A stretch of DNA of 23,484 bases from Nitrospirota bacterium (lineage in GTDB: Bacteria > Nitrospirota > Thermodesulfovibrionia > Thermodesulfovibrionales > Dissulfurispiraceae). This document shows, piece after piece, positions 18,935-23,484 of this stretch. The notes under the pieces were generated by a model, which saw only the letters and a program-made list of their open reading frames with translations, was not told the DNA's origin and searched no databases. The position numbers and the translations under genes were made by a program. Position 1 is the stretch's first letter. Each line of letters opens with the position of its first letter. The stretch spans positions 1 to 23,484 of the forward strand of contig JBFLWF010000032.1 of NCBI GenBank assembly GCA_040758355.1, written 5' to 3'.

Positions 18935-18963
18935 ACCATATACCCTTTTAATGTGTTTGTCAA
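18935..18963 (-). promoter_or_regulatory. sigma70-type promoter driving the repeat RNA and the nucleoside phosphorylase
   Basis: TTGACA-17nt-TATGGT on the minus strand. Confidence 0.7.
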
Positions 18964-18990
18964 GAACTTTTTTTAAGGGCAAAATTTAAA

Positions 18991-19019
18991 TTGAAAGTGG
19001 AGTTAATTTAAGCTATATA
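18991..19019 (+). promoter_or_regulatory. sigma70-type promoter of hslO (possibly leaderless)
   Basis: TTGAAA-17nt-TATATA, with ATG 5 nt downstream and no SD. Confidence 0.45.
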
Positions 19020-19024
19020 AGACT

Positions 19025-19918
19025 ATGGACCTGCTTTTAAAGGGAATGACAAAGGGAGAACCGCTGTTAGTAATCGGGCTTGTTGATACAGAGACTGTTG
19101 AAAAGGCGAGGATTATTCACGATACCTATCCAACTGTGTCTGCAGCCTTTGGCCGTATGATAAGCGGGGCAATTCTTCTTTCCTCTCTTCTCAAGGAAGG
19201 GCAGAAGGTAATTCTTCAGGTAATAGGCGACGGCCCTCTAAAAGAGGTCGTTGCTGAGGCAGACTGGCTCTGCAGAGTGAGGGGCTATGTTAAAGAACCG
19301 CATATTCACCTCGGACTTAAGGGCGGTAAGCTTGATGTTGGAAGGGCTATTGGAAATGGAATCTTGAATGTGATAAAAGACCTCGGTCTAAGGGAATATT
19401 ACCATGGAAGCGTCCTATTGCAAACAGGCGAGATTGCCACTGACCTTGCATATTATTTCAAGGTCTCCGAACAGATACCTGCTGCAGTCTCACTCGGGGT
19501 ATATGTTGATACGGACAATTCTGTGAAGGCATCCGGCGGATTCATGATTCATGCCCTGCCCGGTGTAAGCGAGGAGACAATAGAATATCTGGAAGAAAGA
19601 TTGAAGGGGCTTCGCACGGTAAGTTCCATGATCCTAAATGGTCTCGGCCCAAAAGAGATAATAGAAGAGGCTGTTGGCCTTCCCCTTGATATCATTGACA
19701 GGAAAGAAGTCTTTTATTACTGTCCATGCAATAAAGACAGGGTCATGGATACAATAGTAGCCCTCGGCAAAAGGGATATTAAAGATCTTGTCGAAAAAGG
19801 GGAGACCGTAAATGTCATGTGCCGGTTCTGTAAGACAGGATATGCTGTTTCACGGGAAGACCTGATATCCATTTTAGAAACCATGGATTCTAAGGATAAA
19901 CAAACAAACATGTTGTAA
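19025..19918 (+). CDS. hslO: Hsp33 redox-regulated chaperone
   Basis: GDGPL, VIKDLGLRE.Y.G, GEIATDLAYYF..SEQIP, and the C-terminal CPC...CRFC zinc motif. Confidence 0.94.
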   Translation: MDLLLKGMTKGEPLLVIGLVDTETVEKARIIHDTYPTVSAAFGRMISGAILLSSLLKEGQKVILQVIGDGPLKEVVAEADWLCRVRGYVKEPHIHLGLKGGKLDVGRAIGNGILNVIKDLGLREYYHGSVLLQTGEIATDLAYYFKVSEQIPAAVSLGVYVDTDNSVKASGGFMIHALPGVSEETIEYLEERLKGLRTVSSMILNGLGPKEIIEEAVGLPLDIIDRKEVFYYCPCNKDRVMDTIVALGKRDIKDLVEKGETVNVMCRFCKTGYAVSREDLISILETMDSKDKQTNML

Positions 19919-20033
19919 ATTTTGATGCGAATGACTACAAAAAGTGCTATCCTTGAAATATAAGGGAGTTTATGATGGCAGTGGCAGGTATGAATCCCCT
20001 CAGTATCTAACCTCAAATATAGGACATACAACC

Positions 20034-20270
20034 ATGGGCATCTTTAAATATTTGGTAACAGTCGGAACTCATTATATAGAGCATGGCACAATGGATTTTG
20101 AGCCGTGGTCTGAGAGGATGCTCGATACCTTTGGCCCAGCAATCAAACCATTCCTCAAGGATATAATGAAGTGGTCTATAATGATGACTTCTACAGGAGA
20201 TGGGAACGAGTCTATAAAAGGGGGCCATTGGGATTTCGAAGATGAAAGGCAGACAGATAACGAGCATTAA
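20034..20270 (+). CDS. Hypothetical protein (~78 aa)
   Basis: ATG at 20034 after AGGA; protein-like helical sequence MGIFKYLVTVGTHYIEHG...FGPAIKPFLKDI. Start uncertain. Confidence 0.5.
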   Translation: MGIFKYLVTVGTHYIEHGTMDFEPWSERMLDTFGPAIKPFLKDIMKWSIMMTSTGDGNESIKGGHWDFEDERQTDNEH

Positions 20271-20279
20271 AGTGATGGA

Positions 20280-20648
20280 ATGGACATATTCCAGAAAATT
20301 GCAGAGAGAAAAATACAGGAAGCAATAGAAAACGGTGAGTTTGACAACTTACCTAATCGTGGCAAGCCCATCAAGCTGGATGAAGATATCTCTATTCCGC
20401 CGGAACTGCGTATGGCTTATAAAATCCTGAAGAATGCCGGATGTCTTCCTCCAGAGCTTGAACTAAGGAATGAGATCGTCTCACTTCGAGCCATGATAGA
20501 CTCCTTAGACAATGACAATGAAAGGATTAGAAAGATCAGAGAATTAAATTTTAAACTCCTTAAACTCAATGAATTGCGGAAAAAGCCCTTCCATTTAGAA
20601 GACTTTCCTGAGTACCAGGACAAAATCCATCAAAAATTCATTCCGTAA
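20280..20648 (+). CDS. DUF1992 (YhdN-like) protein
   Basis: IAERKIQEAIENGEFDNLP.RGKP, PPELRMAYKILKNAGCLPPE. Confidence 0.9.
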   Translation: MDIFQKIAERKIQEAIENGEFDNLPNRGKPIKLDEDISIPPELRMAYKILKNAGCLPPELELRNEIVSLRAMIDSLDNDNERIRKIRELNFKLLKLNELRKKPFHLEDFPEYQDKIHQKFIP

Positions 20649-20784
20649 AATCTCGCTCAACCCCATACCTTCCCCTGCCCCTTTTCTTTCATTGCAACAG
20701 AACTACTTTCTTGATAATCTTAATTAAATGATAGCTTACCATTCCGATGGTTTCCACTGAAAATTTACCAGAAAGAGGTGGCAT

Positions 20785-21651
20785 GTGTTATTGATTGTTC
20801 ATGGCGGTGCAGGAGAAAGAAAGCCAACGGAAAAGGCATTAAAGAAGCTTTCTGAATCCCTTTCATCCGGATACGAAATATTGGGCAATGGCGGGACTGC
20901 CCTCGATGCAGTGGTCAAATCAATAACCATCCTTGAAGACTCCGGACTTTTTAATGCAGGCTCCGGAGGAAACCTGCAGTTCGATGGTGTCAGGCGCCTT
21001 GATGCATCCATTATGAATGGGAAGGATTTAAAAACAGGCTCGGTAATAGGTGTTGAAGGAATAAAGAATCCCATTAAGCTAACAAGGATTATAATGGACA
21101 TGCCCCATGTAATGCTGACAAATGTAGGAGCACGAAGGATTGCTGATGCGCACAACCTTGAGCCTCTGCCAAAACCAGACAGAGATTCATTGGAGATTCT
21201 CAAGAAGATAAAGAAAAAAGAAAAGGAAATGGTTCGTATTTATAAAAAGTATTTTTCAACAGTCGGCGCAGTCGCCCTCGACAAATACGGCAACCTTGCA
21301 GCAGGCTCATCAACAGGAGGAATAGCAGCAATGCTCCACGGCAGGGTGGGCGACACGCCTATCATCGGAGCAGGTACATACGCAGAAAACTCATTTGGTG
21401 CTGTTTCATGCACAGGCAAAGGAGAGTTTATAATCAGGCTTTCACTCGCAAAAGAGATATGCATGAACCTGAAAAGAATGTCTCCTCTTAAGGCAGCGCA
21501 ATTTTCCTTAAAAAGGCTTTCTAAAATAGGCGGCAAGGCAGGCGTTATCGTGATAAATAAAAAAGGACAATTCACAATACTGCATTCAACAAGATACATG
21601 GCATCGGGGTATGTGAATGCAAAGGGGATTGTGGTGAAGATACAATCTTAA
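20785..21651 (+). CDS. Isoaspartyl peptidase / L-asparaginase (type 2, Ntn hydrolase)
   Basis: IVHGGAG, FNAGSG, LDASIM, S|TVGAVALD (Thr nucleophile), STGG, GRVGDTPIIGAG, SCTGKGE. GTG start after GAGG. Confidence 0.93.
   Translation: MLLIVHGGAGERKPTEKALKKLSESLSSGYEILGNGGTALDAVVKSITILEDSGLFNAGSGGNLQFDGVRRLDASIMNGKDLKTGSVIGVEGIKNPIKLTRIIMDMPHVMLTNVGARRIADAHNLEPLPKPDRDSLEILKKIKKKEKEMVRIYKKYFSTVGAVALDKYGNLAAGSSTGGIAAMLHGRVGDTPIIGAGTYAENSFGAVSCTGKGEFIIRLSLAKEICMNLKRMSPLKAAQFSLKRLSKIGGKAGVIVINKKGQFTILHSTRYMASGYVNAKGIVVKIQS
21577..21639 (+). repeat. Direct repeat copy 1 (3' end of the asparaginase gene)
   Basis: About 52/63 identical to 22345-22406 by manual alignment. Confidence 0.85.
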
Positions 21652-21652
21652 A

Positions 21653-22018
21653 TTAAATTGCCACTTCAAGTGCTATTTTGTCATAACTCACATGAGGAAT
21701 CTTCTTATCTTTTGTTTCTGTTATCTCCACAAGTCCGAGTTCCTGAAGATATGTCAAATCCTGCAAGACATTTTTGATATCCCTGTTAACCATCTTGGCA
21801 AGCTCGTACACTGATGCAGGCTTTTTGTCTTTAATTGTCTTCAGAAGTTCCAAACGTCTTTCGGTAAGGACTTTTCTCATCTCTTTGAGATTGCTGAAAT
21901 ATATTGCCGTCTTTTTCTGGACATGCTCGTCCCTTGAAAGTTTCTCAAAGACCTCTCCAGCCTCTTTTAAGGCATCGTTAAGGCTTTTTATCTCTATTTT
22001 GACCCTCTTAATCTTCAT
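21653..22018 (-). CDS. Winged-HTH DNA-binding protein, putative antitoxin (HVO_A0114-like)
   Basis: KVLTERRLELLKTI...PASVYELAKMVNRDIKNV..DL..L.ELGLV. Start at ATG 22018 after GGAGGTG; overlaps the partner gene's stop. Confidence 0.8.
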   Translation of the reverse strand: MKIKRVKIEIKSLNDALKEAGEVFEKLSRDEHVQKKTAIYFSNLKEMRKVLTERRLELLKTIKDKKPASVYELAKMVNRDIKNVLQDLTYLQELGLVEITETKDKKIPHVSYDKIALEVAI

Positions 22019-22301
22019 CCCATTCACCTCCTCTTATTTTCTTCAAATCCTTTTTAAAATCTCTTATCAAATCCCATATAGTATCGAACCTATATGGCCC
22101 TTCATTGCCTCCATAATGCCTGTGGTCTCCCTTTCCTTCAGCATTGTCATAACCAAGGAGCCTTTTCCCATCCTTAATATAGACTATGGAGTATTTAATC
22201 CCGTGCGGCTTATCCTCCGACCTCGGAACCTGCCATATCTTGATTTCTACAATCTCGTCTCCCTTGACTTCCTTGGTATGGAGGACTTTCATAGCCTTCA
22301 T
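22008..22301 (-). CDS. DUF6516-like small protein, putative toxin
   Basis: VEIKIWQVP...KPHGIKYSI...GKRLLGYDNAEGKGDHRH...PYRF...LIRDF. Start at ATG 22301. Confidence 0.78.
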   Translation of the reverse strand: MKAMKVLHTKEVKGDEIVEIKIWQVPRSEDKPHGIKYSIVYIKDGKRLLGYDNAEGKGDHRHYGGNEGPYRFDTIWDLIRDFKKDLKKIRGGEWDED

Positions 22302-22308
22302 AGTAGGT

Positions 22309-22337
22309 ATTATATACCCACTAAAGAAATTATGCAA
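22309..22337 (-). promoter_or_regulatory. sigma70 promoter of the TA-like operon, leaderless configuration
   Basis: TTGCAT-17nt-TATAAT, with ATG 7 nt after the -10 box. Confidence 0.75.
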
Positions 22338-22344
22338 AACTTAC

Positions 22345-22430
22345 GTACTACATCCAACAAACACATGGCATCAGGCTATGCAAATGAGAAGGGGATTGTG
22401 GTGAAGGAAGGGGTAAGATTGGCAACTTAG
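22345..22430 (+). pseudogene. Orphaned duplicate 3' end of the asparaginase gene (direct repeat copy 2)
   Basis: Reads VLHPT/(1-nt gap)/HMASGYANEKGIVVKEGVRLAT*, versus ILHSTRYMASGYVNAKGIVVKIQS* in the intact gene. Confidence 0.8.
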
Positions 22431-22575
22431 ATGTTGAGCGTAGAATGTAAATATAATTTTCTGATGGGGTTGCAACTTCATTATCTTTGCCAAGGCTGTT
22501 CTATCAGATATTCATTTTAGATTATAATTTAAAGAAGGAGCGTAACAATCTTAAAAATTGGAGCACGGTGAAAAA

Positions 22576-23229
22576 ATGATAATCGAATCACTCAATATCG
22601 GCCTGCCAAAGAAGGAAATATTTTACGGTAAAGAGATAGTAACAGGCATATGCAAGGTTCCTGTGACTAAACCGTTAATCCTCTCTAAACTCGGATTTGA
22701 GGGCGACGGTGTTGGTGACTCGAAACACCACGGTGGAACGGATAAGGCCGTCTGTGTCTACAGCGTAGACTATTATCCTTACTGGGAAGACGTCCTCGGG
22801 ATTAAATTGCCACCTGCCGCATTCGGTGAAAACCTCTCTGTTTCTAATCTGAAAGAGGATGATGTTTGTATCGGAGATATTTTTCAAATAGGGGCTGCTG
22901 TTGTTCAGATCAGCCAGCCACGCCAGCCTTGTAAGACGCTTGCAGCACGGTATGGCAGAAGCGACATGGTAAAGCTGGTAGTGGATTCGGGCCGTACCGG
23001 ATTCTATTTCAGAGTACTGGAAGAAGGGACTGTAGAAAAAGGAGATACCTTGACCTTAAAAGAAAGGGATACCCATGGGGTAACAGTTTCATTTGCCAAC
23101 CGCATTTTGCATCATGGCAGAGATAATTGTGATGGCATTAAGAAAGTCCTTGCAGTTCCGGCCTTGTCTGAATCGTGGCAACGGTCTTTTCAAGAGTTGA
23201 ACAAGAGGTGCAAGGAGGGGGGCAGATGA
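22576..23229 (+). CDS. MOSC-domain protein (YiiM-like, with a 3-alpha tail)
   Basis: GFEGDGVGD..HHGG.DKAVCVY, AFGENL, CIGDIF, SQPRQPCKTL, RTGFYFRVLEEG. ATG 22576 preferred over TTG 22558. Confidence 0.92.
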   Translation: MIIESLNIGLPKKEIFYGKEIVTGICKVPVTKPLILSKLGFEGDGVGDSKHHGGTDKAVCVYSVDYYPYWEDVLGIKLPPAAFGENLSVSNLKEDDVCIGDIFQIGAAVVQISQPRQPCKTLAARYGRSDMVKLVVDSGRTGFYFRVLEEGTVEKGDTLTLKERDTHGVTVSFANRILHHGRDNCDGIKKVLAVPALSESWQRSFQELNKRCKEGGR

Positions 23230-23312
23230 AATTTGATGTAATATACACCATTTTAGAAGAAGTGAAAAGTTTTGTCTTTAAGCTGGCATGGTCAAAGCAA
23301 CAATAAAAATAT

Positions 23313-23340
23313 TGACAGAATTTCCATATATGGTATGTTT
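23313..23340 (+). promoter_or_regulatory. Possible sigma70 promoter
   Basis: TTGACA-16nt-TATGTT with an upstream A-rich tract. No target gene is visible in the window. Confidence 0.35.
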
Positions 23341-23484
23341 AGAATATACAGAAAGTCTAAGGCTGTTCAATAACAGCGAATAGTTTTTGACAAGGAGTTA
23401 ACAAACTGGGCAAATCAGACAACAAGGCAATGCAAACCGCAACTACAGCACATAATAACCTCAAACAACGCGGCTTCAAGTCCG

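Noticed and set aside
21774..22430. 218-aa plus-strand ORF ending in MASGYANEKGIVVK
   Set aside because: Mostly antisense to the TA-like genes. Only its last ~22 codons are meaningful, as the duplicated asparaginase 3' end.
23405..23450. c-di-GMP-I riboswitch-like GGGCAAA...GCAAA
   Set aside because: Lacks the P2 stem with a GAAA tetraloop and the P1/P3 pairing.

Overview
A 23.5-kb bacterial chromosomal window. Gene content and style suggest an anaerobic Nitrospirota/Thermodesulfovibrionia-like organism, but that is an inference. From left to right it holds: the 3' end of a TGT...ACA-type IS (IS1202/ISNCY-like) that has cut into the terminal repeat of an IS256-family element; truA; and the minus-strand operon rpsB-tsf-pyrH-frr, followed by an unannotated 44-aa ORF and a Lys-rich dksA/traR gene. 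Next come cysK; mqnD-glgP-archaemetzincin-radical SAM; a ZIP-type transporter with an inserted cyclic-nucleotide-binding domain; a MacAB/FtsX-type ABC exporter; a Tat-signal DUF362 protein; and a uridine/nucleoside phosphorylase. The right end has hslO, small hypotheticals, an isoaspartyl peptidase/asparaginase whose 3' end is duplicated around a two-gene TA-like cassette, and a MOSC protein. The most striking unexplained structure is a ~195-nt minus-strand putative RNA at 18730-18928. It has its own sigma70 promoter and a long G-U-containing closing stem ending in a U-tract. The stem encloses seven 14-15-nt repeats, each a GAU-GUAR(A)-GUC mini-hairpin that also reads AUG-stop, and the element lies directly upstream of the nucleoside phosphorylase. 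Also notable are at least seven unrelated 7-bp tandem repeats in the first 8 kb, several of them translated in frame inside TruA, PyrH and MqnD. All family assignments come from motif recognition by eye; no database searches were run.
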